64,000 nucleotides of DNA from positions 85,002,001 to 85,066,000 of the forward strand of contig OX597817.1 in assembly GCA_951406725.2 (NCBI GenBank), read 5' to 3'. Under the pieces are notes generated by a model. It did not search any database and was not told the DNA's origin. It saw only the letters and a program-made list of their open reading frames with translations. Source of the stretch: Octopus vulgaris (Eukaryota). Of this stretch, positions 1 through 12,811 are shown one piece after another. Both the position numbers and the translations under genes were made by a program. Each line of letters begins with the position of its first letter. Positions within the stretch are counted from its first letter, which is position 1.

Positions 1-252
1 ATGTATACACATAAATGCATAGCATTACCTGTACAGCCAGAAAAATACATAAAGATGATGCATTTTTCCATACGTATAACCATCTATAGGGAGGGTTATG
101 TGTATAAACAATATATAAATATAGCAATATATATGCATATCCCCATGTATACTTATGCATATATATATATATACATACTTACTTGCTCATCTGCACATCT
201 ATTCATATGCATGAATGTATTCAATTGCCCTAACAGAGTGATGCATACATAC

Positions 253-301
<49 letters not shown>

Positions 302-314
302 GCACACATACATA

Positions 315-1203
315 CATGGTCTGATCTATAAGTATCTAGACTGTTGCTATAGTAACGAAGGTAAGGCAAAGAGAGTGAAGCCACTTGGCACAGATTGACC
401 TTGAATACTGTTCTGCATGCACACTAAGTTTTAATGTTCTAGCTCATTTCTGCTGTTTATGGCAGTGCTTGGAAGGAAGGAATGTAGCATGTGATCACTG
501 TATTGATGATGACAAAGTTGAGCAGAGAATCTACATCAAATTTTGCCAAAAGCTTGGCAATACCTGCTGAGAGGCTAACACAAAGTTTTCAAAAAGTTTT
601 CATCATTTTCAACACAATCAAGGAAATATTGTGCAACTGAAACCAGAGTGTGTTTTTGGTCACCTGGAAGCAGTTTTGGCACAAACTCAGCAGAGACGCA
701 TCTCATACCCAAATCTTCAGTGATAATGGACTAAACTGAACTGTAACTAATCTGCACATTCTCTGATAACTTATGGATGGTGATTCAATGATTTCCCCTC
801 ACAGCTGCATGTACATCTGCAATGTTTTTCTCAGTTCTGCTGATAGCAGGTCTTCCAGAATATTCGTCAATATTGACATTTTTTCGGCCATCTTCTAAAC
901 GTCAGAACCATTCATACACTTGTGTGCGGCCCATACGCCTCTCCATACACTTTCCGCAAAATTGTGCAGGCTTCTGTGCAGGTATCGCCATGACAACTTT
1001 CTCTGTGATAGTCAATGCAACGATAGCATGTTACACACCTTCCTACGAAGCACTGCTGTAAACAGTGGAAGAAAGCTAGAATGTTAAACCTTAGTGCACA
1101 TGCACAGCAGAGTTCAAAATCAATCTGTGCCAGGTGACTTTACTCTGCATGCTTCAGCTTCATTACCATAGCAACAGTCTGGATACTTATTGATCAGATC
1201 TTA
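315..1203 (-). mobile_element. Non-autonomous mariner-derived fold-back element (two transposase 5' ends facing each other)
   Basis: TA at 313-314 and 1204-1205. Left end CATGGTCTGATCTATAAGTATCTAGACTGTTGCTATAGTAACGAAG matches the reverse complement of 1158-1203, and similarity continues inward for about 250 bp. The minus strand reads as a decayed mariner N-terminus (RTQVYEWF*RLEDGRKNVNIDEYSGRP...LGMRCVSAEFVPKLL); the plus strand left arm reads EQRIYIKFCQKLG. Confidence 0.85.
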
Positions 1204-2082
1204 TATATATCACTTACATTACAGAAGTTATGTGTTCCCATAAAACTTCTACTGTCAAATCATGCAACACAAAATTAATCTCCCTATTGATTCACATGTT
1301 ATAAAAATGAAGCATATAATTGTAGCAGCAGAATCAAAACTGATGATTTGAGGAACGATATAACCAATAAGGACATACATATAGAAATAATTTATTTGCT
1401 GCAATAACCCAAATTTCACTTACCCACTCACACTGACTATATAATACTTACCCCTCCCCCCACACTAATGTTCACTCACATTCTCTCTCACCAAAGCACA
1501 TTTTCAATCGCTTTCTTCTTGATGGTATTTTCAAAAAAGTAAATAAAAAAAAGTTTTTAAAAAATCAACACAGCCACTTTTATGCATGAAAATTTTTTAA
1601 CATACACAATACAATTAGTATACATTATAACATCTGAAGTGAAATACATTTGGGAATAAATAAGAATTGTAATACTGTTGTTGGGTATATACTTACAACA
1701 AAAGATGTTGACTACTGACTGATGAGTGGTAGTGGGATGAAAGTTACTGAGAGGATGAGGGACACTATTTTCTATCTTGCACTTTATCATCATCAACATA
1801 AGGGGTGAACTTATCCCAAATTGCTTGATGTTTATGATGCATTATCTCTTTATACAGCAAAGAAAGTTTATATCAAATTCAGAAACAGATTGTGAGACTC
1901 GCAAATGATGTCAGGTTTCAAAATGTTAGAGTTATACGTCATAACCAATAATATACAGCTCAATGATACAGAAATATAACCATTTATTTCTCATATTGAG
2001 TGAGCATTTTTTCTGACTTATGGACAACCAACTGATGCATACATACATATATATATATATATATATACATACATATACATGT

Positions 2083-2297
2083 CCCTTTAGCATTTAAAGC
2101 AGTCATATCCAACCAAAATATTCTACCTGTTTTATGCTCAAACCAGCCAGATCTGGCCTCTCACACCTACTCTAAAATACCTTTCTAAAAATCAATCACA
2201 TCATCAAAATATCAAAACTGTGGAGGTAATGTATGATTAATTCAAAACAACATGAATAAAGAAATATATCTGACAGAGTAATATAAATGCTAAGGGG
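2083..2297. mobile_element. MITE with piggyBac-like CCC...GGG termini
   Basis: Starts CCCTTTAGCATTTA and ends TAAATGCTAAGGGG (inverted match); no coding capacity; TTAA flanks not preserved. Confidence 0.6.
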
Positions 2298-2320
2298 AAA
2301 CAATACACACACACATATAA

Positions 2321-2455
2321 AAATCCTTTCTACTATAGGTATAAGCTCTGAAATTTTGGAGGAGAGGACTAGTCGATTACATCAATCCCAGTGTTTCACT
2401 GGTACTTAATTTATCAACTCTGAAAGGACCAAAGGCAAAATCAACCTTGGTGGAA
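2321..2455 (-). mobile_element. SINE 3' fragment, family B (Meta-domain-like core)
   Basis: Reverse complement carries the TTTGCCTTT..TCCTTTC.G.GT.GATAAATTAAGTACCAG core also seen at 32596-32820 and 40166-40400. Further copies at about 20375-20515(-), 21735-21860(+), 22215-22385(-), 24880-25055(+) and 29195-29355(+). Confidence 0.75.
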
Positions 2456-2456
2456 T

Positions 2457-2679
2457 AATAATAATCCATTGATGGAATTTATAAACATTTAAAAATATTT
2501 TATTACTGTACACTCCATAGCATCGATGGACAGTGGGTGGATCATATCCATGTGTCCATTTCCTCAGATGACATATAATCATCCTAGGAATATGGACAAT
2601 CACAAGAAACAGGCAATTTGAGGAAACACACGTAGCGATGCATCGAAATATTTACAAATTCCATCAGTGGATTATTATT
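2457..2679. mobile_element. MITE with 34-bp terminal inverted repeats
   Basis: 2457-2490 AATAATAATCCATTGATGGAATTTATAAACATTT versus reverse complement of 2646-2679 AATAATAATCCACTGATGGAATTTGTAAATATTT (3 mismatches). It abuts and truncates the SINE at 2455. Confidence 0.75.
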
Positions 2680-2834
2680 ATCATTACTATATTTATCCTA
2701 CATTATATTGGCACACCTCATAAAAAAGATATTGCTGGTTGGTATTAGATGGTAGCTGACATAACAAAATAGCTTTTATATGCATACTCAAAAACAGTTC
2801 CCGTAAATGAAATTAAAGGATGTGTGTGTGTGTA

Positions 2835-2968
2835 TCATCATTGTTTAATGTCCTCTTTCCATGCTGGCATGGGTTGGACGGTTTGACTGGGGGCTGGCGA
2901 GCCAGAAGGCTGCACCAGTCTCCAATCTGATCTGGCAAAGTTTCTACAGCTGGATGCCCTTCCTAATG
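2835..2968 (-). mobile_element. SINE 3' end with (ATG)n, RTE-type tail
   Basis: CATCATTGTTTAATGTCC..TTTCCATGCTGGCATGGGTTGGACGG, the same tail seen at 10811-11036(+), 19541-19987(+), 43355-43530(+), 34550-34620(-) and 26305(-). Confidence 0.75.
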
Positions 2969-3941
2969 AAATATGCTCAGTATGGAAATGGGAAGACCAT
3001 AGTTCAAATGAATGCTCAGCATGTTAGGTAGAGTGAAAATGTTGATCACAGGCAAAATGCTCTACAGAGAGCTCATTCATTTCAGCAGGCCCAATAATAA
3101 TGATTGGAGTCGAGATTTCTCGGATGAAGGTCTAAAATGCTAAAAACGAGTGGCCACTTGCAGTGTAACCAATTTATTTTTCACACTGAAGTTAAAGTTG
3201 TTGCCATATTTCACTGAAATATACTTTGTGTGTTTCAATTGATTTTGAAAATAATGAACAATTTCCTAAAATAAATTTGTTATCATTAAGCTGATATTTG
3301 GAACATAAATTAAGAAATTCTGATGGAAGGTTTAAATTTAGATCAATCTAAAATAGGGGCAGTCTCAGGTGGGCTGGTGTCAAAAAGATCAAAAATACCT
3401 TAAGCTTCAAATTGTCCAAAAATGCTGTGTGATGCACTACAAATTTATTTGCAAATGACTTATTAAGTAGACATCAGAAATATTTGCTCAGACTAATTAT
3501 TGTTCAAAATGAGACATGACCAATATAAAAAAACAATAATATAAGTTATTCTACAAGACTTGAATATTACATTTTAACATTTTCAGATTCTTTGTTTCAC
3601 AAACTTTAACTTCAAAGTGTATGATTTTGCAGGCAATTGTTAAACCCTTCCTAATATATGCCACATATCTCAAAACTAAATTGCAAGACATTACTAAATC
3701 ATAAACAATTTCACAGTGAACTGTCATATTAAATGAAATGTCACAAAATCTGAAGTAGTAATAAATTTAAAGTTTTTATTTCAAATAATGCTGTCTTCTG
3801 TGAAATGAAGATATTGGTTCTATCAAGATTTGGAATGTTAATATTCAATAAACATTTCAGTTCATTGATAACTAACTCTTAAAATATAATAAACCATTAA
3901 GATTTAAAATAGTCTTCCCTGGCATATTTGTGTGGTTACTT

Positions 3942-4122
3942 CAAGGTGACCATAACCTTGTGAGTGAATTTGGAAGATGGAAACTGAAAGAAGCCAGTCA
4001 TATGCATGTATATCTATGTACATATGTCTGTGCACTCTTGTCTTGATATCAAGTGATGGTTGTAAATGAGCATTACCATGCAAGCATGGAAGAGTGGACA
4101 TTAAATGATAATGGTGGTGATA
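3942..4122 (+). mobile_element. Internally deleted family A SINE with (ATG)n tail
   Basis: CCTTGTGAGTGAATTTGGAAGATGGAAACTGAAAGAAGCC body motif, as in 28166-28600, followed by CATGCAAGCATGGAA...ATTAAATGATAATG tail. Confidence 0.65.
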
Positions 4123-7100
4123 ATATCAAATCAAAATTCTTGCTAATTATAATTTCTTAAGATGACAATTACAGTTTTCTCATCATTCTTTTTAAAAGTA
4201 ATGTAATATTGAAAATAATATTGTTGCAAAGATCATCTTTCAAAAGATTGTCCAACAGCATAACTATACTGTCTTGCAATAAAGACTATTTTGAAATCTT
4301 TTTCTTCATGTATGAAAATATCAATATATTTGGCTCAGTAACAAACAGGATTTATCTATTTCCTACAGTCTTTCAATCTTTACTTGTTACCAGTGAGTAA
4401 TAGGTAAAAGGACAAATAGATTATTAACATGAAATATGAACTGTTCTTTGTACATAATTATTATCAGTCTCAATCAATTACAACTTATAATTATATAGCT
4501 TCCGAGAAACAGTTCTAGAAAGAGATAATTCAAAATCAAAGAAGGTTAACAAGTTCTATCAGTTTCAATATAAAAATACATATCTAAGATTTTAACATAG
4601 CACAAAAGGAGCTATATGATTCTGAAATTCAGCCATGCTAATTGAATCGTTTTATGGAGAATCAATTCAACATGAAAAAAATAAACACGAAGAATTTAAT
4701 GATGCAGAGGGCTTAATTAAGCTTGGCTTTATTGGATATTTCAGTAATGCAAAGAGAACAGTTAACTGACTTCTGAATTTATAAACAAGACATGATTTAA
4801 ATCTAGATACATTGAACATGATGCAAAGTGAAATTAAGTATACTGTATTAGTGAAACTTTGTGTGTGTGTGTGAGAGAGAGAGAGAGAGTAAGTAGTATA
4901 TCATTTAGAAATACATATTTATTTAAACTACTGTACATCAAAAACAAACTTTATAACTTAGAAGACAAAAGACCTCTCTGCAAAATCAATTATTTTAGTG
5001 GGTTTTCAACAACAAAAAGAAGAAAAACAATATAATTATATTCAATGGAAAAATAAAAACCCAAGAGTACACTAAAATCAGCCTTATGGAATATTTAAAA
5101 ATTGTGTAAAATGTTTTGGAGGTTAAACTTAAGATGTTCTTTTCACATGACTTTTTATTGGCTTGGTTTAGCATTTGCATAACTAAGTTAAGTTCCTATT
5201 TTATGGCTGCATATCATACAACTGTAAAGTGGCTAGCATACCATTTCTAAGTGAAGTGATTCAAGTTAAGTATTTTGTTTTAACTACAATGTAAGGCTAG
5301 TGACATGCTGAACCCTATAACTTTTCATGCAGTAATTCTATAGTAACTTTCAATATGACTACTAAACATAGGGGATTAATCCTAAGAGTGAAAAGCTTTT
5401 AATGCAAAGCTAATGACAGGATTAGAATTTATGTTCTTTGGATCCGAAGCTTACCACTTCAACCACTTAGCTATAATAACAAAACTATTGGGTTGGTTTT
5501 GTTTGAATTTATATTTACAAATTTTTGGCAGATATGAGATACAAGGAAGTGGGGAATAGGAGGTTGTGATGTTTGCATTCACAAAAGATGAAGATATTTA
5601 ACAATTTCCCATTTCAATATACATACTGGTTACTATGTGTAGAGTACAATGCAGACTACAGTTATATGTAATGCTTCACACTAGCTTTTAAGTTTGAATC
5701 AAATCACGAATAATTAAACATGGCTCCCATAATAGGTGATACCATGATGTGACATCTAAATCTTTGCTATAAATAAGTACTGAAAATCAGCGATACTATT
5801 GGCAAAATAGTGCTTTAGATCACAGAAAAATCAATATTTATATTTAAGTGAGGTACATGATACAGTTTATCAAATGTTTTCAGTATTCTACAATCAATAT
5901 GGAATTGTATAAGCATACAAGTATATTGCAGCAGCCAATAATTTTCCTGTTAAGACCACAGTATCTCTGAAAGTCTGCACTATTCTTTGTTTGGCATACC
6001 CTTGAAAACCTTAAATCTTCACATCAATACGCCTTCCTCCAAAATAACACTTGCAATATAATTAAATATAGTGAAAATGTACTAGCAGGAAAGTACAAGT
6101 GGTTTTTAAGATTCAAGAATGAAAGCAAAACGATAAAAGAAACTGCTTATTTCAAACGCTGACTTAACATAATCTAATCTGTAAGGATAAATTTAAGGTT
6201 ATACTAATCATAGAACCAGGGGTGAAATCTTGGAGTCAAAAGGGTTAGGCTATCAGATCCATGAGCAAGCAAAGGAACTTCTGTGCTGTTTTTTCTTTTT
6301 TTTTGTCCTGATATTGTTCTTAATCTCCTTTAAAACATTTTTACTTTAGGTTGCAAAGGTTCAAATATAAATGACAAACCATAATCTGAGGAAGAAAATT
6401 CTAAATGTTCCCAAAGAAGTGCATAATAAAGATAATTACAAGTGATTATTGCTATTGAATTGTTAATAGCCAATTCAGGGAAAACTAATTCATCTCCCAT
6501 TATATGGAAAATCTAACTTATGTCCAAGACCTTGACTAGGAAAGAAAACACAACACTGAAGTATATACCCATTCAAATAAACAGCAATCTATCACAAAAA
6601 GCTACATCTCTGATATAGATAGAATATCATCACATGACAGGTGTACATAGTTATATAAGTTATCATAAATTTATATGAAATCAAATAACTACAAATCATT
6701 GGACTATCACACAGAAATTAGTACCCTCCAATAATACCAGAGAAATTTGTGGATTGTACTACCAGAGTTTGCAACAAAAATCTATACCCATAAGTGCCAA
6801 TCACCACTTTATTTCACATTATTTCAAATTCCAACCAAATTACATCATAATCTTTGTAGATCTCAGTTTTTCATATTTAAGCAATATCAACTCAAATCTG
6901 AACCCTTTCTAGAAGATGGCTCTCATACAGAACTTTCAACTTTCCTACCATTACAAAAGATGGTAACATCACAAAATATAATACTGCAAAAGACAGTTGT
7001 ATCACAAAATATGGTAATGCCACATACCATTTAAAATTATTTAACAAAAATCTCCAACCTCTATGAAACTTCTAATTTTTAAAATGTAATTTTTTATTTT

Positions 7101-8073
7101 GACATTCCATTTCAGCAAAAGTAGTATACTTTCACAATTTTGAAAACTTGCATTTTGTTGGAACAGTTATATATTTTAAAATTGTATACCTTTGTAAGAC
7201 AAAACAGTCAACAGTGAAATAGGAGAAGAAACTTGGTTGACAGCATAGTTATGGAGTACAAGATAATGACTCTATGAGTTAGTAGTCAAATATGTTAACC
7301 TCATATCCAAAAATGTATATATGAAATTTGCTCCAATTTTCTTCTTCACCTAAGAGAAACAAATTAACACATTTTAATAACACTTAAGGCAGATACCAAT
7401 TTTAATATGCTTTGACAAAATCAGCAGGATGCTTTTTAACAAACATCATTTCACAAATAAATCTGCTTTCTATGCAGTGGATTTTAATATCTTACATAAT
7501 AGGGCTAGGAGAAAATCTTACTTGATGGATGCAAGCAAAACACAAAGAGGCAATAACATTTTTTGAATGCCATAAATCAATAACAAATGATCAAAAAAAA
7601 AAGTTCAATAGTTATTATACAGAGAGTATCACCATATAGAATTCTATACATATTAAACGAATCGACATTGTAAAAACGAGTAAAGAAAAAAAAAGTTGAA
7701 GTGGGGAAATGGGGTAAAAAATTATTTAAAAAAAGTTTATACATAAATGCACTTGCCAGCAAACTATTTAATATCCAATTTCTGAGATAGCTTAGCACAA
7801 TCTAACATTTTGCATGATTTGTTTGAAAATGGGATTTTTAAGTGTTACCTATTTTCAGATACATTGAATGAATAAAACCTTGCCTAATAGTGAAACACAC
7901 TGTTAGAAATTTAGCACATTATCCTCAGGCACTGTAGCCTCATTTCAAAACTGATCCAGTCTATTCTTGCATGAAAATATATTTTTCACTCATCAATTCA
8001 GCATTCCAACACTGATCATTTTATATACTTGTCCTACAGATAGTTACGTGGGGAAAGAAGAGTTTAGTATTAA

Positions 8074-8291
8074 CCCTTTTGTTACCGTATTTATTTTGAG
8101 ATGCTTTGTGTTTGTTTTAATTGTAACAAATATAATAAAGAATTTAGTAAAATAACACAGTTATCATTAAGCTAGTGTTAAGAACATAAATTGTGACTAA
8201 GGTTCGGTGGAAGATTTTAATTCAAAACTTATAGAAACAAAACATTTGTACTGAGCCAGAACCAGTTTCAGCCAGGTTGGTAACAAAAGGG
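8074..8291. mobile_element. piggyBac-type MITE with intact TTAA target-site duplication
   Basis: TTAA (8070-8073), CCCTTTTGTTACC ... GGTAACAAAAGGG, TTAA (8292-8295): perfect 13-bp TIRs. Decayed relatives at about 3192-3392 and 26020-26220. Confidence 0.9.
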
Positions 8292-8454
8292 TTAAACACA
8301 AAATAGCAATAATGCCATGATGGGATACATCCTCAGCTGTCCACCTTTAAAGGCCAGTATTTCAACTATTTAACAGTTATTGCTAAAAATATCTAGTGAA
8401 ATACCATCATAGAATCAATTAACCTCACTATTGATAGATTAGTATTGAGACTAT

Positions 8455-8778
8455 AACTGGCACTCTGTTGGTTACGATAAGGGTTCCAGCTGATCCGATC
8501 AACAGAACAGCCAACAAACACATAAAATTAATGTGCAAGTGGTTGAGCACTCCATAGACATGTATACCCTTAATGTAGTTCTCAGGAAAATTCAGCATAA
8601 CATAGAATGTGACAAGGCTGGCCCTTTGAAATACAAGTACAATTCATTTTTGCCAACTGAGTGAATCGGAGCAACATGAAGTGTCTTGCTCAAGGATACA
8701 ACAAGTGACCAAGAATTAAACTCACACCCCTATGATCATGATTTGAATACTCAGCCACTAAGCTTCATGTCTTCACAT
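8455..8778 (-). mobile_element. tRNA-derived SINE, family C, old copy
   Basis: Shares the GGCACTC.GT.GGTTACGA..AGGGTTCC..TGATCCGATCAAC...GACAAGGC.GGCCCTTTGA 3' half with 35895-36279 but has a different central segment. Confidence 0.75.
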
Positions 8779-9197
8779 AAACTGATACTACTGATACACA
8801 AATAGAGATACATGAATTGTCACCCCAGCATTCTAGCACTTTGTACACATTTTACTGGTTCAAGGTTTCTTCCAGAGGTTGGATCAAGTTTTCATCACTA
8901 TATGATATATATATATATATAGGCAACTAAAACTCCATGTTTGACAGCTCATTTTCTTTCTGAAACTACATTAATGACCAACTGTAATAATAATTACAAA
9001 TGTGTTCGCCAAGTTAAGAAGTTCCCTTAGCAATCACATAGTTCTGGCTTTGAGATTAATATGTGACACCTTGAGCAAATGTATTTTACCATACTCTCAA
9101 GTCACCATGAGCTTTGACTGTGAGAGCAGGTAAGTCAAAAGTGTAGAATTTCAAACTGTATCTTTGCCAGTAGATCTAATCTTACCACCCGATTTAA

Positions 9198-9381
9198 CGT
9201 TTTTGATCTCAAACTACATGAGATTGCCCCTCATTCGATGATTCAAACTTCCTGTTTTCAAGTCATCTAAATTAAAACCTTCCAACATACTATTTATGAC
9301 AAAGTTCTAGAATCTTCATTATTTTCAAAATGAATTAAAACAAGGGCAATGTATTTCAACAGAAATAGGGTACCAAAAAGG
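9198..9381. mobile_element. piggyBac-type MITE, same family as 8074-8291, opposite orientation, degraded
   Basis: TTAA flanks at 9194-9197 and 9382-9385; right end GGTACCAAAAAGG; internal TAAATTAAAACCTTCCA matches the reverse complement of 8208-8225. Confidence 0.65.
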
Positions 9382-10113
9382 TTAACATCGCTCCTTGGCT
9401 CTTAGATGTCTTTAGCAGAATCCACGTTGTTACAAACATTCTGACTAGTTTTAAATCTTGAAACTGACTCAATATCTTTGTGTTGACTAATGTAGTTATC
9501 AAGGAGTCATAGTTTCCTCTCATAATCTTTATTCATCTGACTAGCTAAAAAGAACAATTATTGAAACTAACAGCTTCATATAAAATTTACACTGAAACCA
9601 TGATTTTTACATCTATTTCTATGATGGTATAAGAATTTAATAACAATTCAGATGTAAAGAATTCAATTCTTTACGTCTGAATTGTATGACCTTTCATCTA
9701 ACATTCAGCCTATTTACTTAACCCTTCATTTATAGCTTTCTTTTATCCTCTACACTAGATCTTATACCACTAGATCACAGTATTTTCCATCATGCATCAC
9801 ATTGCATAATCATGAATCAATCACCACTTCTGCATTAATCAGTTTTGACTCTTGCAAGCAGAACATATTTAGTTCTAATCATTCTGATTATACACATTCA
9901 CTATCTATGAGTCTTTGCCACAGAATGAAAATACTTTCCATGCAACTCTTTTATAAAAAGAGGGGAACATTTTTACTCAATGCTGAACCATCAATGGCTG
10001 TACAACATATTTAATTAGTTCTACCTCATGAAACAATACACAGCATGTAACTTTAAAACTTCACAAAATTACCAATAAATAAGGAAAATCTGAATATGCT
10101 AGAACTCTTCCTT

Positions 10114-10177
<64 letters not shown>

Positions 10178-10303
10178 GTATATATATATATTAATGTTTA
10201 TCTGTCGCTCATTCCCTATTTTTGCATGATCTTGTCAGTATACATTAACATATCATTTTGTCAATAAATTCTTCCCTTCCAGATAAAAGTTTAGGGTTAG
10301 AGA

Positions 10304-10738
10304 ATCATCATCATTTTAATGTATACTTTCTATGCTTGCATGGGTCAAATGGAGTTTGAGGACAGGTTTTCTATAGATGGATGCCTTTCCTCATGAAACA
10401 ATACCATGCATGTAACTTTAAAACTTCACAAATATTACCAAACAATAAGGAAAATCTGTATGTATAAAAATGACACTCTTTTACAACTATTATGTGATAT
10501 AAAGGCAAGGAGACACAAATACACACATGTATACATTATGTGTGTGTTTGGCTTCTTTCAGTTTTCATCCCCAAAATTCACTCAAAAAGCTTTAGTTAGC
10601 TTAGAGCTATAGTAGAAGGCACTTGCCCAAAGTGCCATGAAGAGGAACTGAACCCCAAATCATGTGGTTGGGAAGTAAACTTCTCAACCATACAGTCATG
10701 TCTGCACTGAGTCATGCTTGCACTGAGTCATGCTTGCA
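10304..10738 (-). mobile_element. Family A SINE with (ATG)n tail, interrupted by a local 70-bp duplication
   Basis: Tail CATCATCATTTTAATG at 10306; head motifs CTATAGTAGAAGGCACTTGCCCAA and CATGTGGTTGGGAAGTAAACTTCTCAACCA; 16-bp unit AGTCATGCTTGCACTG x3 at the 5' end. Confidence 0.75.
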
Positions 10739-10810
10739 TGTATTACATAATATCTCAAATGATTCTGCCCTTTTCCAATGTTAACAAAAAAAATTTTTTA
10801 AGTTTATATT

Positions 10811-11036
10811 AGAATCGTAATGAGGATCAGAATCGTAATGAGGATCAGAATCGTAATCGATCAATGGAAATTGCGGATGTGCTACCAGTGCCGGTGGCAT
10901 GTCGAAACTCTGCTTGTGAAGACCCATGACTGGGCCTGATGAAGCCTTCTGGCTTCACAGACCCCAGCAGAACCGTCCAACCCATGCTAGCATGGAAAAC
11001 GGACGCTAAATGATGATGATGATGATGATGATGATA
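10811..11036 (+). mobile_element. Short retroposon ending in (ATG)n with an 18-bp tandem repeat at its 5' end
   Basis: AGAATCGTAATGAGGATC x2.6, then ...CCGTCCAACCCATGCTAGCATGGAAAACGGACGCTAAATGATGATGATG; CpGs retained, so relatively young. Confidence 0.8.
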
Positions 11037-12811
11037 TTATTGTCTCAATAATTAAAGAAAATTTCAATTTAACTGTCATTCTAAGAATAACTAGCTTTAG
11101 ATTTCAAGAATTCTCCCAGTGTTTTCATGAAAAGATCCAGATAAAAATACTTTATCAAAATATATACTCTAACTCCTTATCAATTAAGACTAGAAAGAAA
11201 GCCTAAATTTTAGTAAAAACCCATTCTAAGACTAAAATTACATTCATAAGTAATATGTTGTTAATGCAGTTATACTTTTGAACACAAACTCCATTTAGCA
11301 CTAATTCTTTAGTATTGTCTTTTCTTAATATTTTCAGTGAGACAGTAATCTTTAATTATTATAATTGTAAGCTAACATATAATGAAAAAATTATTTGCAC
11401 TCATGCATACATCCACAAACACCCACATTATTCACAGAATTGTACTAAAGTACCTCTAAAATGCCACAGAAAAGGAAAAACATCATGGTGAATGTAAAAC
11501 TGCAAGTGTTGTGGTTATTTGAAAGCTGGTCAATGTCAGACATTTGGGGTAACTCCATCTTGGTCACAACAACAATTAGAACCATCATGAAAAATACAAA
11601 GTAAAAACTTGCATCATGATGACTTTATCTACATAAAAAGCTGATTTGTCCAAAGAAGTTAAAACTTGCAAAAAGTTTCTCATTTTTAACTTTTGGTAAG
11701 ATCTAATGAGTAAGATTAACTTCAAAGAACACAAAATAACATTTTTTTTTTTTTACAATCTGAGAAAAATTCAATTTCTATGCTTTCACCATTATTAGAT
11801 TAATCCATTTTTTTTCATGTTGATATTGGTTGAATGTATGCACAAAACAACTCTTCTCTTTCATCTTTGAGTTAAGAACGTTCCAGATATAATCATTATA
11901 TCAATATAAAAGCAACTCTATATTGCTAGAAGCCTTAGTGGAAGATATCCACAGCAGGGTTAGGACTAAGATGTACGCAAGGGTATATATCCATGGAAAT
12001 AAAGTGCTTTTGATCTATTTTCTTCAAAAACAGCAGCCTATTTATTGCTTCAGTTTGAACAGCCTGTTTTGTGAATAGTTTGATGCTCATCATATCCTCA
12101 AGGAGCTATTTCTTTTGTAGAAGCCATGTCTTCTTTACCATTTATGAACCTATTATGAGTGTAATTTGGATTTACCCTCCATAATTTCAATGGATTCCAC
12201 TAGTGATTCAAATCTGAAATATATGTACATGATGAGACATAGACACCATGATTTAGAAAGCCAAGTGAGGAATGTTGATCTTATTGAAGTTTCTAGAAAA
12301 TAGAAAGAATCTTTCATAAGTTTCTCTCATTGGTAGCTGTACACAACAATGATCATATAGTCTTTCAATAACTAACTTTATAAGGTTCCAAATAACACCA
12401 TTATACCTTTTACTATGCAGGTTTTCAAAGGGATTATATAGTGGTTCTACATTTTGTAAAAATATCTCATGGCTATTTAGTTGTTTTAACTCCAACACAA
12501 TGAATGCTTTCCAATCTGAATGAAGAAACAATGCCATTCCAGAAGTAGTGAAGAAATGAATTTGGTACTTTCTAACAGCTGAAAGCATTTGTAGCATGGC
12601 ATAGAAAAGCAAATGGAAAATGAGAAAAACCACTTATATAAGTATACATTCAAATTATTAAAACAAGGTCTATAGTGATACATTCAAATGGATGGATAAC
12701 TTTCATAAGAAAAGTATCCACTGAAAAATAAAAGCCAGATTTAATTTTATTCTAGACATAGAAATAGGTGCAGACTTATTGTTAATTATTCAGCAGAAAA
12801 TGACAGGTTAT

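Noticed and set aside
3100-3160. Possible hammerhead remnant (CGGATGAAGG...AAAACG)
   Set aside because: Core nucleotides and stems are too degenerate to support.
10811-10857. Short direct repeats as a CRISPR-like array
   Set aside because: Head-to-tail tandem units without spacers, in eukaryotic repeat context.
12253-12633. 126-aa minus-strand ORF
   Set aside because: No recognisable motif, non-ATG start, composition typical of translated AT-rich non-coding DNA.
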